Positions 26,888 through 40,236 of a DNA stretch of 64,000 nt are shown in pieces. The notes below the pieces were generated by a model. That model was not told where the DNA came from, did no database searches, and was given only the letters and a program-made list of their open reading frames with translations. Source of the DNA: Squalus acanthias (Eukaryota). The position numbers were made by a program, and so were the translations under genes. The stretch covers positions 70,062,001-70,126,000 of the forward strand of contig CM059432.1 of NCBI GenBank assembly GCA_030390025.1. Direction: 5' to 3'. Positions within the stretch are counted from its first letter, which is position 1. Every line of letters starts with the position of its first letter.

Positions 26888-27768
26888 GGGCGCGATTTTA
26901 CCTTTCGATGCGAGTTGGGAGCGGGTCAGGTGCCTTCCGGGTTCCGATCCCGCCCCCAACGACGCCCGACGCACAGACGTAATTTTACGTCAATTGTCCT
27001 TTTTAAGCCCGCCCTGCGGGCTTGTCGGCCAATTAAGAGAAAGCCGGTGTCAGATGGCGTCAGTTGATGATGCGTCATCTGCCGGTTTTCTTAAAGGGGA
27101 CACGTACATTTTTTTTGACATGATTTTTCAGTGTTTGACAGCATTGAGGTGCTGCAAACACTGCCAATCACTGTACAAAGGTGAGCCCTTGCACCCAGAT
27201 TCTCCAGTGACTCTCTCCTTAGGATAAAACAGATGGCAGCTGCAGGTGAGGTTACAGAAGCGATCTGTCACTGGTGAGAGAGGTTCTCCCAATGAGGTGG
27301 GACTACACAAACACTTCAAACCTTGTTACCTACAGAAAAGTCTAAATACATTAAAAATGATTTTCCCAACATTTTCTTACCTCTAAACCTCACCAGTGTC
27401 CCATTGGATCCTTCACACCACTTCTGCAGCTGTCATCAATGCACAAACCTTACGGTTGGCCCACAGTACGCCACACTTACCCTGGCGTGGTGTCCGGATG
27501 TCGGGAAGCCTGCAGTTGACCTGGCAAAATTGAAAAAAGCTTCTTAACTGCCTGTTAATTACCTGTTAACAGGCAGTTAAGTGCCTATAATCCTCTTCCC
27601 GCCGCTAGGTGTCGGGTCCCTGCGCAAATCGGGGACCCGACACTTGGGAAGATTGTATGGAGGCGGGATGACAGCGGGTTCGGGACCCGCTGTCAATCTT
27701 TGCAATTTTGCCAGCAGTCCCGCCTCCAAACCCGCCCTCTGAGTGCCGGCAAAATCCCCCCCCCCCCC
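26888..27768 (-). mobile_element. Harbinger non-autonomous element related to family A
   Basis: TIRs GGGCGCGATTTT / AAAATCCCCC, TSD CAT; contains the TTAACTGCCTGTTAA...AACAGGCAGTTAA palindrome. Confidence 0.85.
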
Positions 27769-29104
27769 CATGTGTCTTTACAACATGTGTCTTTGTGGCC
27801 CTTTATCAAATGCTTTTTGGAAGTCTAAATATACCATACCCAAAACTTCCTCTTTGCCTCTGTGCTCAGTAATTTCCTCGGAGAATTCAATTAGTCAAGA
27901 ATGACCTGCCCTTTCAAATCTATGTTGATTGTCCCTGCTTAGTCCATACCTTTCCAACTGTTCACTAATCTATTACTTATTATGGTCTCTAGTAATTTTC
28001 CTACTATTGACATGAGGCTAACTGGTTCTGGCTAACTATTTCTCGCTTATCCCTTCCCCTTTTTTAAACAGGGCGGTAACGTTCACCACCATCCAGTCTT
28101 TTGCTACAGTTCCAATTTTGGTAAATAAGTTATAGCCTTTGCTATTTCATTACTAATCTCTCTAGTATTCTGGAGTTTAAACTATCTGGGCCTGATGACT
28201 TCAACTTTAAAGGCCATTAACCTTTTTAGTATAATTTCCTTTTAAAATTTCTATCAATTTGTGGTTCCTCTTTTCCTTCTGTGTGTTCTTGCAGTCCTTC
28301 CTTAACTTTCCTTTGTAAATTCTGGAGCAAAATACCTATTAGACATCCTCTTTGCCTCTGTGCTCAGTAATTTCCTTGGAGAATTTGATTAATCAAGAAT
28401 GACCTGCCCTTTACAAATCCATTCCTTTATTCTCTATGATAAGATTGACTTCTTCATCCTTCCTGTACCCTGTATTTACAGTACTAAAGCCGAGTGCTGG
28501 ATTCTGGCAGAGGGGTTGGGTTTGGGGCAGAGCTGGGATCTGCCGCCCTATTCAAGCTGAGCTGAAAAATCCCAATCTGGTGAGCGGGGAGTGCCTGCAC
28601 CCCACCAGTTTGCTGGTGTGTCTGGGGGGCATTTCCTGGGCTACCCTGGGAATTCTGTCAGTCTTGCTCTTGCCCTTGATAGAACCAGCTGAGAGCAAAC
28701 ATGGGTCTTCAACAGTGCACAGTCCAACGATAATCGATCCCAGAGGGATTGACCATTACAGGGCGGTACTTAAAGTAAATTTCTCATCTTCTGGTCACTT
28801 CAGGCTCTGGCCACCCCTCTCAGAGCAGCTGGGTGTTGATCTGTGTTTCCAGTGCCTCCACAGTGTGGACACTATTGTTGCATCACTACAGGCATGGGCA
28901 ACCACCAATATTATTTAAATTACCCCATCCCAGGGATTTGGGATGGGAGCATAGTGGCAGATGGAAGTTCCACACTTCCGACGGTGCAACTGGATTTCAT
29001 CTAGTTTTCTGTGGATCTTTCATGCCAGGACAAAGGAGATAAATTTAGAACTGTAAGTGCCAGGAGCCACAGACGCCAGTCTCTTGGAATCTAGCAGTAT
29101 TGCG

Positions 29105-29520
29105 TGGCAGCCTCGGCTCAGTGATAGCCTCTGAGTCAGAAGGTCGTGGGTTCAAGTCCTATTCCAGAGACTTGAACACATAATCCAGGCTGACACTCCA
29201 GTGCAGTACTGAGGGAATGCTGCACTTTCAGAGCTGCTGTCTTTTGGATGAGATGTTAAACCAAGGCCCAGTCTGCCCTCTCAGGTGGATGTAAAAGATC
29301 CCATGGCACTATTTCAAAGAAGAGCAAGGGAGTTCTCCTCGGTGTCCTGACCAATATTTATTCCTCAACCTACATCACTAAACAAATTATCTGTTCATTA
29401 TCTCATTGCTGTTTGTGGGACCTTACTGTGCATAAATTGGCTTCCGCGTTGGCTGTAAAACGCTTTGCGATGTCCTGAGGTTGTGAAATGCACAATCTAA
29501 ATGCAAATTCTTCTCTCTTT
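29105..29520 (+). mobile_element. Full-length SacSINE1/DeuSINE-like tRNA-derived SINE
   Basis: A box GGCTCAGTG, B box GGTTCAAGTCC, Deu-domain text GATGTAAAAGATCCCATGGCACTATTTC and ATTGCTGTTTGTGGGA, L2-like tail (recognised from memory). Confidence 0.85.
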
Positions 29521-29696
29521 AATACTATAGGAAAATACTCCACAAAGCCCTTATTCCAGTATTACTGGGATGTTAAATAATTAAGTATGAGGCTGAATTG
29601 TTATTAACAATTTATCAGTTAAAATAAACATAAAATCATCCAATCTGTGGCTGGCCTTTTGATTGGAATTCCCAGAATATTGCAGAGCAGATCGAC

Positions 29697-32100
29697 AACC
29701 CAATGCTGAGCCCGCCCAATATAGAATCCACCCAATGTAGAACCCGCCCAATGTAGAGCCCGCCCAATACAGAGCTGGCCCACTGCAGAATCCACCCAAT
29801 ACAGAATCCACCCAATACAGAATTCACCCAATACAGAATCCACCCAATACAGAATCCACCCAATACAGAATCCACCCAATACAGAATCGGCCCAATACAG
29901 AACCGGCCCAATACAGAACCGGCCCAATATAGAACCCGCCCAATACAGAACACACCCAATACAGAACCCGCCCAATACAGAACCCGCTCAATACAGAACC
30001 GGCCCAATGCAGAACTGGCCCAATACAGAACCCGCCCAATACAGAACACACCCAATACAGAACCCGCTCAATACAGAACCGGCCCAATGCAGAACTGGCC
30101 CAATACAGAACCCGCCCAATACAGAATACGCCCAATACAGAACCCGTCCAATACAGAACCGGCTCAATACAGAATCCGCTCAATACAGAACCCGCCCAAT
30201 ACAGAACCCGCTCAATACAGAACCCGCTCAATACAGAACCGGCTCAATACAGAACCCGCTCAATACAGAACCCGCCCAATACAGAACCCGCTCAATACAG
30301 AACCCGTCCAATACAGAACCCGCCCAATACAGAACCCGCTCAATACAGAACCCGCCCAATACAGAACCCGCCCAATACAGAACCCGCTCAATACAGAACC
30401 CGCCCAATACAGAACCCGCCCAATACAGAACCCGCTCAATACAGAACCCGCTCAATACAGAACCCGCCCAATACAGAACCCGCTCAATACAGAACCCGCC
30501 CAATACAGAACCCGCCCAATACAGAACCCGCCCAATACAGAACCCACCCAATACAGAACCCACCCAATACAGAACCCGCCCAATACAGAACCCGCTCAAT
30601 ACAGAACCCGCCCAATACAGAACCCGCCCAATACAGACCCCGCCCAATACAGAACCCGCCCAATGCAGAACCCGCCCAATACAGAACCCGCCCAATACAG
30701 AACCCGCCCAATATAGAACCCGCCCAATACAGAACCCGCCCAATACAGAACCCGCCCAATACAGACCTCGCCCAATACAGACCTCGCCCAATACAGAACC
30801 CGCCCAATACAGAACCCGCCCAATACAGACCTCGCCCAATACAGACCCTGCCCAATACAGACCCCGCCCAATACAGAACCCGCCCAATGCAGAACCCGCC
30901 CAATACAGAACCCGCCCAATACAGAACCCGCCCAATATAGAACCCGCCCAATACAGAACCCGCCCAATACAGAACCCGCCCAATACAGACCTCGCCCAAT
31001 ACAGACCTCGCCCAATACAGAACCCGCCCAATACAGAACCCGCCCAATACAGACCTCGCCCAATACAGAACCTGCCCAATACAGACCCTGCCCAATACAG
31101 ACCCCGCCCAATACAGAACCCACTCAATACTGAAGCCGCTCAATATAGAACCCGCCCAATACAGAACCCACTCAATATAGAACCCGCCCAATGCAGAACC
31201 CGCTCAATATAGAACCCGCTCAATACAGAACCCGCCCAATACAGAACCCGCTCAATACAGAACCCGCCCAATACAGAACCCGCCCAATACAGAACCCGCT
31301 CAATACAGAACCGGCCCAATACAGAACCGGCCCAATACAGAACCGGCCCAATACAGAACCCGCCCAATACAGAACCCGCCCAATACAGAACCGGCCCAAT
31401 ATAGAACCGGCCCAATGCAGAGCCCGTCCAATGCAGAACCCGCCCAATGCAGAACCCACCCAATATAGAACACACCCAATATAGAACCCGCTCAATACAG
31501 AGCTGGCCCAATGCAGAATCCACCCAATGCAGAGCCCACCCAATGCAGAATCCACCCAATGCAGAATCCACCCAATGCAGAGCCCACCCAATGCAGAATC
31601 CGCCCAATGCAGAATCCACCCAATGCAGAATCCGCCCAATGCAGAATCCACCCAATGCAGAGCCCACCCAATGCAGAACCCGCCCAATGCAGAACCCGCC
31701 CAATGCAGAACCCGCCCAATGCAGAACCCGCCCAATGCAGAACCCGCCCAATGCAGAGCCCGCCCAATGCAGAGCCCGCCAATGCAGTGCCCGCCCAATG
31801 CAGAATCCACCCAATGCAGAATCCACCCAATGCAGAATCCACCCACCGCAGAGCCCGCCCAATGCAGAGCCCACCCACCGCAGAGCCCACCCAATGCAGA
31901 GCCCGCCCAATGCAGAGCCCACCCACCGCAGAGCCCACCCAATGCAGAGCCCGCCCAATGCAGAGCCCACCCACCGCAGAGCCCACCCAATGCAGAGCCC
32001 GCCCAATGCAGAGCCCACCCACCGCAGAGCCCGCCCAATGCAGAGCCCACCCAATGCAGAATCCATCCAATGCAGAATCCACCCACCGCAGAGCCCGCCC
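29697..32100. repeat. 16-bp minisatellite, consensus AACCCGCCCAATACAG, about 150 units
   Basis: Directly visible tandem array with regional variants. Confidence 0.98.
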
Positions 32101-32192
32101 GATGAATTCTCCTCTTGGCTTCACAAAAATCGTTGCAGTAACTTATCTGCAGTGTCCCTTTAAGGGCAGTCTACGTACAGCTAGATGGAGAA

Positions 32193-32543
32193 TGGTAGCA
32201 TAGTGGTTATGTTGCTGGACTAATAATCTGGAGACGTGAGTTCAAATCCCACCACAGCAGCTGGGGAATTTAAATTCAGTTAATTAAATAAATCTGGAAT
32301 AAAAAGCTAGTATCGGTAATGGTGATCATGAAACTACTGGATTGTCATTAAAACCCATCTGGTTCACTAATGCCCTTTAGGGAAGGAAATCTGCCGTCCT
32401 TACCCGGTCTGGCTTATATGTGACTCCAGACCCACAGCAATGTGATTGATTCTTAACTGCCCTCTGAAATGGCCTAGCAAGCCATTTATTCAAGAAGACT
32501 GCTCACCATCATCTACTCGAGGACAATTAGGGATGGGCAATAA
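32193..32543 (+). mobile_element. tRNA-derived SINE (second family)
   Basis: A box TAGCATAGTGG, B box GTTCAAATCCC, LINE-like tail TAGGGATGGGCAATAA. Confidence 0.75.
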
Positions 32544-34514
32544 GCTCTTAAAAAACGCTTTGCATAGTTCTTATATTCAATGTATCCTTTTTTTAAAGCT
32601 ACCTTTCTGTCTAAGGGGAAGATATGCTGCAGTGGAAGTGTTAATTTTCCCAGCTAACTTGTCACTTCCAGAAACTAGTTAACACCAGTGCCAGCGCGTC
32701 TAAAATTTTACTGGAACCTAAACTTGATTGACAAAGTAATGAAGTAAGCCCTGCAGGGCTGCAAACTCTGAAGTGTTTTGATTATGAAGGAAAATGAAAT
32801 CCTCATTAGCAAAGTTTAAAAAAAAGTCCTTCCTGCAGGGTTTGTTTAAAGGGAGTGAACCTCTTTTATTGCTAAATAATTAAGCCTGTTCTTCACCTAG
32901 GGTTCTATTCAATATATATTATTGTCTGTTACTTTTCTTGATAATTTATGTAGGTCAAAATAGTAATAGTTATTTGTATTCCACAAGGAGCAGGTCTACC
33001 AGTGTCAAGGGCCTTCTATGCCATCATGTATTGTGCATCGGGTCCAGATGGTTAGTTGTTAATACACATTTTCTTCCTTTGCATAACCACTCGTAGGTGT
33101 AAGTACATGTGTGTGGGAGGAGGATTCACATCACTCCTCGTATTCCCAAGTGTTGCTGGTGGACCTGTCAGAAAGATGGTGCAAAGAGAAAAGTGTTGAC
33201 TGAAACAGTGCCTTGGGGGAGGTCGGAGCTGAGTCGTCCAATTGCTAAGGAGAGAACAGATGATACTCAGCAGGTTGTTGCTTTTTAATTGTTCCTGTCA
33301 GATGAGCCCTACACTTTTTATTTATGCCTGCAGTTGAAATCAGGTGGAAGATACAACAAACTTATTTATGATCACTAATTGCAAGTAAACCAGAATAGAA
33401 GTTTTAATTTGGACCAGTAATAATTTCTTACCTTATATGAAGTGTAATAAATCTGATGAACATGGGTGAATAACATTTTTCAAATAACTTAACTAGCATT
33501 TCTTTTTGAAATCATAAGTAGGGCAACCGTGTGTGTTTAAAATTACCTGTCTTCATTCATGTTTACAAGTGTTTCCTTAATCCCAATTGTAACACCTTTT
33601 GTATACCACAGTCTCAAATATAAGACATTGTTAGCTTTTTTCCTGAAGTGTGAATGCGGTTAATTGTGGATTTTTCAGCATCTGCATTTTGCTATTTAAA
33701 GTTCTTTTAAAGACTAGAATTTGCAGCCACAGTTAATCCAGAAATACAGGTGCTGTAAATGTGACTATTTCAATTCAAATTAGAATTTGTATTTGCATTT
33801 GCAAATGTAATAAGATAATTTGACCTTCCAACATACAATTAACTGCCTGTAATAACTATATTATATTAATACCAATATTAAGTTACTGTTTTCACATATT
33901 ACATTTTTGCATGTTTCAGCAATATTTTCACATCAATCTGAAGACTGGGTTCACGTGGTAATTTTGAGTCATAGGGGAAAATTAGATAACTTCAATTATT
34001 AAAATTATTTTTATATTGGTTTTCAATTAATTATGCCAGCCATCCATAGCATTTTGTTGGGAGAGAAAATTCCTTTCTGAGTTTCTCCCTGAGGGAGTTG
34101 TTTGGAAATTTCTGATCAAATGACCTTTCAAATTAAAGTATTTCCTGGAGAAGCACAAGAATGGAGAATCTTTTTTCCACATTTAAAAATATATCATGAG
34201 AGTCTTCAGGCTCTAGTTAAACCTTCTTGGGGCCTATGAGCTGGAGATTTGGCTTTAGATATTGAGAGAAAGCTGAAGATACATATATGCAAAGGTTTGA
34301 GTAGAGCTCTTAGAAATACTGCTTGACACATTCAGCATAACATCTTAAGCAGGGTTTATTACAGACTTAGCCATCTGGAAAGAATTGAGATTGGTCTAAA
34401 AGGACGTGTGACTCCTGGGCAATTCTCTTAAGGATTACATCCCCTTCAAACCACAGAAGGGTATTCTGGGGAACACAGTCTTATTAAGTGAGCCAGAGAA
34501 CTAGAACTGATCTT

Positions 34515-36311
34515 GGGCTGAATTTTGCCGGTGCTCAGAGGGCAGGTTTGGAGGCAGGTCCGCTGCCAAAATCCAAAAGATTGGCAGCGGGGTGGTATCC
34601 CGCTCTAAACCTGATTCCGTGTGAGTTTCCCTAGTGCCGGTTCTGCCTGCGCTTTGCAGACACGGCACTAAGCGGCAGGTCATGCAATTGTGCTCGTTAA
34701 GAGGGTGTTTAAAGCAATTTAATCACCATTTTACCAGGTACAAAGCATTTTCTCAAGATTTCCACAAGGTTCCCGTTGCTCGGGGATCACGCCAGGAAAG
34801 TATGTCAGGTTTTGAACAACTCTCCATTTCTTTCAATAGGTGACAGCTGCAAAAGTGGTTTAAAACCTACCATTTTACAGCTGGTCACTTTCCAATCTCA
34901 GAAGCTTCAGCCTTTGGTATTTGGAACCCACTTTTGAACTTTATGCACTTTTGAAGTGTTTGGAGTAATCTCTCTATCCAGTGTCACCTCCTTGGAACAA
35001 CCTATCTCACCATTGACAGATTACTTTTGTCATCTCAAATTCACCTGCTTCTATTCCATCAGCATCGGTGCCCTTGAAAAAAATCTCACCTTGGACCTCA
35101 GAATCCCAACACAATCAGCCCCAACACCAGCATCACCGGGCACACCAGCAACACCAACATCCACACCAACCTTCTCCGCAATCAACTGATGCTGCACTGG
35201 ACACAGGGCATCATCGCCCATGCACATTGCTGCCCAGGATGCCAGTGATGGCCTCACCATGTCAAGATTTGCTTCACTTAACACTGTACACCCTGGCTGC
35301 CACATGATGCACCAGGTTGGCACCACCCCACACCAGCACCTTAAAGCATCCCTACAATGTCCAAGCCATTCCTGTCACACTCATCACCATTGAGGCGGGG
35401 GGACCGTTACATCTCACCATTCACTGGAACTCACTAAGACACTTTCAAAGGTGCACACAAATCTGTCCAAGAAGGCAAAGTGGTGTTAATAAGGATTTGA
35501 ATGCTTGACAACACATTAAGAGAACGTTTACATGAGCATTGGCTAAAACACCCAAGTGCCTACCATTGTGTGTTGTTAGTTGGTATGATTGGACTAGGAT
35601 GAGGATGAGTGTGAGGGGTGGCTAGTGAGATGGGGAAGTGATAATGTAGATAGAGAGGGATGGGTGGAGGTGCAAGGTAAGTTGGTGTGAGTAAGAATGT
35701 GCGGGAGTAGGGTAGGGAAGGCAGTGTGATGGGGATGTGATGTGTGGAACAGGAGGATGAGGATGAGGTTGAGTGTGGCTTTGCAGTAACGTTTCGTGAT
35801 CTACTGAGATCATTGAAAGGTTTGCGCCACTGCAGCCTGGTCCTCCTAACGACATCCCTGCTTGTGTCCTCTTGTGCAATGTGCAACCAGGCTGCGATGG
35901 TCTCCTGGGGAGGTCTTTTCTGCCCATGGGAAGGGAAGAGGACCTCCCTGCGTGCTGTGACTCCCTCCATAAGCATATGGAGGGAGTCATGGGAGAGCCT
36001 CGGTGCAGCCGTGCACCTTTGTGTAAGGCTTGTCAGTGTTTGCAGCACCTCAATGCTGTAGAACACTGACAGCACAACTGTCAAAGTCAATTTGGACATG
36101 GCCCCTTTAAGGAAATCAGCTGATGACGCGTCATCAAATGACATCATCAGTCCCACTTCTTATTAATTGGCTGGGAACCTCGCAGGGCGGGCTTAACAAG
36201 CCCAATCATCGTAAAATCTTGTAGGAGGCCAGGATCAATACAGATGCCAGGTTCCCACATGCCATGGACATCATCCGCCCAGGACCCACCGAGGTTGAAC
36301 AAATTCAGTCT
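34515..36311 (+). mobile_element. Harbinger deletion derivative retaining Myb exon 1 on the minus strand
   Basis: TIRs GGGCTGAATTT / AAATTCAGTCT, TSD CTT; 35790-36010(-) APRLSHDSLHMLMEGVTARREVLFPS...WRKPFNDL. Confidence 0.88.
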
Positions 36312-36340
36312 CTTGGTTCTCTTTATTTCCATGAATCATT

Positions 36341-37433
36341 GGGGGGAATTTTAACCCCCCAAAAAAACGGGCGGGTTTATGTCGGGTGAGAGGTTAAAGT
36401 GTTAGAAGTCTGAATCCCGAGCCCAACCTGCCTCCAGCCCGCCCACCTCCGGTTTTAACAGAGTCCGGATGGAGGTTGGATGGCCAACCCACCCCCAGGA
36501 TATGGGTTGGCAGTTTAAATATTATAATGAGGCTGTATGCCTCATTTGGAAGCACCATTTTAAATTTAACAATGGGCGGCCTAGTTTCCCGGGCCTTGGG
36601 GAACCCGGCAGCTAAAGGAAGGCGAGGACTGCTGGATCTAGGAGGTAAGTCCCTTTCCACTTACCTGCTGGATCCAGCATACCTGCCTCGCCAATACCCT
36701 GTGATTGAACACCCCACCACCCACCCCCCAACCAACCCTTCCCATCCCCACCCACCCCCACCCCCCGAGGCCTTGGATCTCACCCCTTCCTCCGGCCTCC
36801 GACCTCCTCCCCTGAGGCCTCCGATCTCCCCCTCCCCCAGTCTCCTCCCCCCCCTCTCATGAGGCCACCGATCTCTGATTTCACCCCCCCAACCCCCGGC
36901 CTCCGATCTCTGGCCCCTGGCCCCAGATCAACCCTCCGGCCTCCGATCCCCAGCCCCCGACCTCACCCCCTTCCCCCACCGGCCTCCGATCTCCGGCCTT
37001 CCGATCTCTAACCCAACCCCCGTGATCTCCGATCCCAGCCTTCCAATCTCCGACCCCCTCCCCCCAATCTCCGGCCTGCTGACCCCCTCTGATTCTGGCC
37101 TTCCAACCCTTCCATTCCAATCTCCGACTCACCCCTGGCCTGCGATCTCCGATCCCCTGCCCCCGATCCCCCCCTTTGACTTCCAATCCCTCCCTCCCTC
37201 CTTTCTGCTCCCTGACTGTGGTCTGGTGCCACAGGCCTACCCACCCGACAGCCAGCCAGCCAGCCAGCCTCTCAATCTGACTAGCTGCCGGCAAGAAACA
37301 GAAAAAAAAGGCTAATCAGGCCCTGCTGTTAAATTCGGCAAGGCATGAGGGAGACCCGTTCCCCTGGGTTTCCTGACCACAATCCAGCCCCCCACCCCCG
37401 CTCCCTACTCACCTCCAACTTAAAATCCTGCCC
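36341..37433. mobile_element. Harbinger-like MITE with internal C-rich CCGATCT repeats
   Basis: Termini GGGGGGAATTTTAA / TTAAAATCCTGCCC, TSD ATT. Confidence 0.8.
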
Positions 37434-39389
37434 ATTTTCTCTGTAACTGAATAAACAAGTATCTTTTTCCTCTTGGGTTTAAAGAAATCTCAGATTTGTA
37501 GCAGTTACGAGGGAATGAAGAGGAATTGGGACCTTCCTATTAAATGCACAAGAATCAGATTCTGTTCCCATTGTGAATATAAGATGAGCCACAATCAGAA
37601 AGAGAGAACAGTGAAAAAATATCATCAGGTCTGTTGAAGAGTGGAGTACCCTTCTGAAGACTGTTGGGTAGTGTAGATACTGTCACTTATCCTGCCCTAT
37701 ATCTCTACATCTAGGGCCATTTAAGTATACGATAAATATATTGCTGTATTTGACTGTACCATGTAATATGCATCTGTAACGTGTTGCGCTATCCATACCC
37801 AAGATTTCTTTGTCCAAAACATAAATATTACACTTCCACAATCTTGTTAAATAAACATAATACTATTCAGATGACAACAAACAAATTTATCAGTACTGGT
37901 CAGGACCTGTGTCCATCCTAACCTATTAACATGTCATTGCCACTTTACATTTTACAATAGAATATGTCATGTGTGGCAGAAATTGTATGTTTTTCTCAAA
38001 CTATATACCTATTATATATTGTTAAATTAATCTTATATTTTTTCTTGATTGTTTTCTGAACAGTACCATGTGGTCTTGATATTATAGGCACTTCTGTTTA
38101 ATACTGCAGGGTTTGTTGATCATTGCACTACTCAGAATAGCAATAGGACATAATTAAATTGCTGCATTGTATTGCAGTTACAGTTACAGTAACAGAAGTC
38201 CATACTCATTACCCTGATTATATGATGCGGTTGGTCAAAGCAAGATCTTTTTTCCTCTGGGATTTTGATTTAAATTGAACTTAGACAGATTGGATGGAAG
38301 CCTTTTCCATGTGACAGCTGTTTAAAAGCCTGTATCAAATGAGCTTGGGCGGTCTCAATCTAGCTTCTAATAGGTGTGAACCCATTGCACAAAAGTGTCC
38401 TTATGACATTGGACTGGAGATTTCTGAAGATGTTTCGTGTGGAAGATGAGTACAAATTGGATAAACAAAACACTAAATAACAAAAAAGTAGTTAAGAATA
38501 AAGCCAGCAAAGTTCTATTACCAACGCAATAGGTTTTTGGGAACAGCCAAGTGGACCACAGAGCCTCTTCTGGCCATGTACTTTCCTATGTTCCTTTGCG
38601 TGATCTCCAGACTCTCTCTGGCCCGTTTAACAAGTGGTGATACAACACCGCAGCCAGAAATCTCATTTAGAGAGCACTCCGATTCGTAAAGACAAAAATG
38701 ACCTGCTTAGCAAGACTCCTGAATCTAATATTATTAGGGGTTGTTAGTTAATATAACTGATTTCTAGAATTATTTTATTTTATCACACCTATTCCAATAT
38801 TTTTCCTCGTGTATTACTTTTAGAAAATTCAGAATTGTCTTCACAAACAACGCATTTACAAATTTATTAAAACTAATGCACAGAGGAAAATATCGGGGCT
38901 GATCTTTAAGCATATACGTAACGCGACCTACTTGGTGCTGTTGCTTAACTGGTTTTCTTTTGCTCATTTCCATCCATTTGGGTCTGCATGGTCTGGTTAA
39001 ATTGCATATTTTCCTTTTGTTCTGTACTATGATAAGTGGTTCAAAGTGTCTTTTTTTCAAACTGTCTTTTAACCCTTTCTATGCTGAAGACTTATGCAAC
39101 TTTCACAATATGCACAATCATTGAAAATCTGTGAACATAACATTCTGTACCTTTCCAATGCTGCGTATTTTAAATTGTAAGTAAATAGTTGTTTGGAGCT
39201 GAACAATTGTCTTAATTCACCACGCAATATTCTGAAGAAATAATGTCATACTTTTTTATATGATTGAGTTGGGTTCTTCAAGGTGAGAAAATGGAAACTA
39301 TTTCTACTGTTGGGTGTGGGACTAATTGGATAGCTCTTTCAAAGAGCCAAGACAGACATGATGGGCTAAATGGCCTCCTTCTGTGCTAT

Positions 39390-40236
39390 GGGCTGGATTT
39401 TGAAACTGGGGTTAGGTTGGTGTCGTGAATCACACATTCTGGCTTGTGAACCCGCCTCCATCGAGATGTGGCCAACCCACTGTATTTTCTCTTGATTGAC
39501 CTTGTTGAGCCCGCCCAGTGGGCTCAGCAGGCCAATTAAGGGTCACCCGGCAACAGGTGACGTCACAGACTGACATTTCATCTGTCAAGAGCTTTTGACA
39601 GATGAAATATCAGCGTTTGACAGCTCTGTGAAGCTGTCAAACACTCACAATACGATTTCTAACTTCAGTCCTTCCTCTCAGGCTGAGTTAGAAATCATTC
39701 CAGCACAGAAAACAGAAGGCTGGAGTTTTTGACAGAACCACGGCTTTCCTGCTTTCTGTGCCGGTGAGATTTCTAACTCCCGAGACCTGAAGGGCTGACA
39801 CCTGCAGGAGGAAGTTAAGGTAAGTAAAACTTTTTCCAACACTTAGCACTTACCTTACACACTTACCTCTGCACACATGCACCCATCACTCACCTGCCCA
39901 CCGGACATATCGACCCCTCCAACCCCTGCAGACCCACGGCCCGCCCCGATAACTTGGCGTGGTTGCCACCTGTCGGGAAGCCCACACTTTTCTTTTTAAA
40001 ATAGGGATTATGCAAAAAACTGCCTGTTAACTACCTGTTAACAGGCAGTTAATTGTCACTAATCCCTTCCCGCCTCAGGGAGTCGGGTCTCAGAACAGGT
40101 CAGGTACCCGCCGCCAGAGAAACTGGCATGGAGGCGGGTTGGAGACGGGATGGGGTCGGGACCCCCGAATCTGCAACTTTAACCCCCCCCACCCCGCCTC
40201 CAAACCCGACTCCACGGGTCATTGAAAATCCAGCCC
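39390..40236 (-). mobile_element. Harbinger non-autonomous element, family A relative, inserted in a CR1 tail
   Basis: TIRs GGGCTGGATTTT / AAAATCCAGCCC, TSD TAT; same internal palindromes in reverse order. Confidence 0.9.

Larger units (their letters stand above)
21575..28460 (-). mobile_element. Old CR1 LINE (pieces 21575-22206, 26566-26887, 27769-28460) hosting younger insertions
   Basis: CR1 antisense text resumes across each insertion (CCAAAATGAA|ACTTCATATTTAT). Confidence 0.75.

Noticed and set aside
29105..29170. tRNA gene (also at 32193)
   Set aside because: A and B boxes belong to SINE heads; no cloverleaf, and they run into SINE bodies.
29697..32100. CRISPR-like array
   Set aside because: Units are contiguous with no unique spacers, no cas genes, and the context is eukaryotic.
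29581..32203. Long ORFs (up to 401 aa) on both strands
   Set aside because: Products of a stop-poor 16-bp repeat, open in several frames on both strands; no coding evidence.
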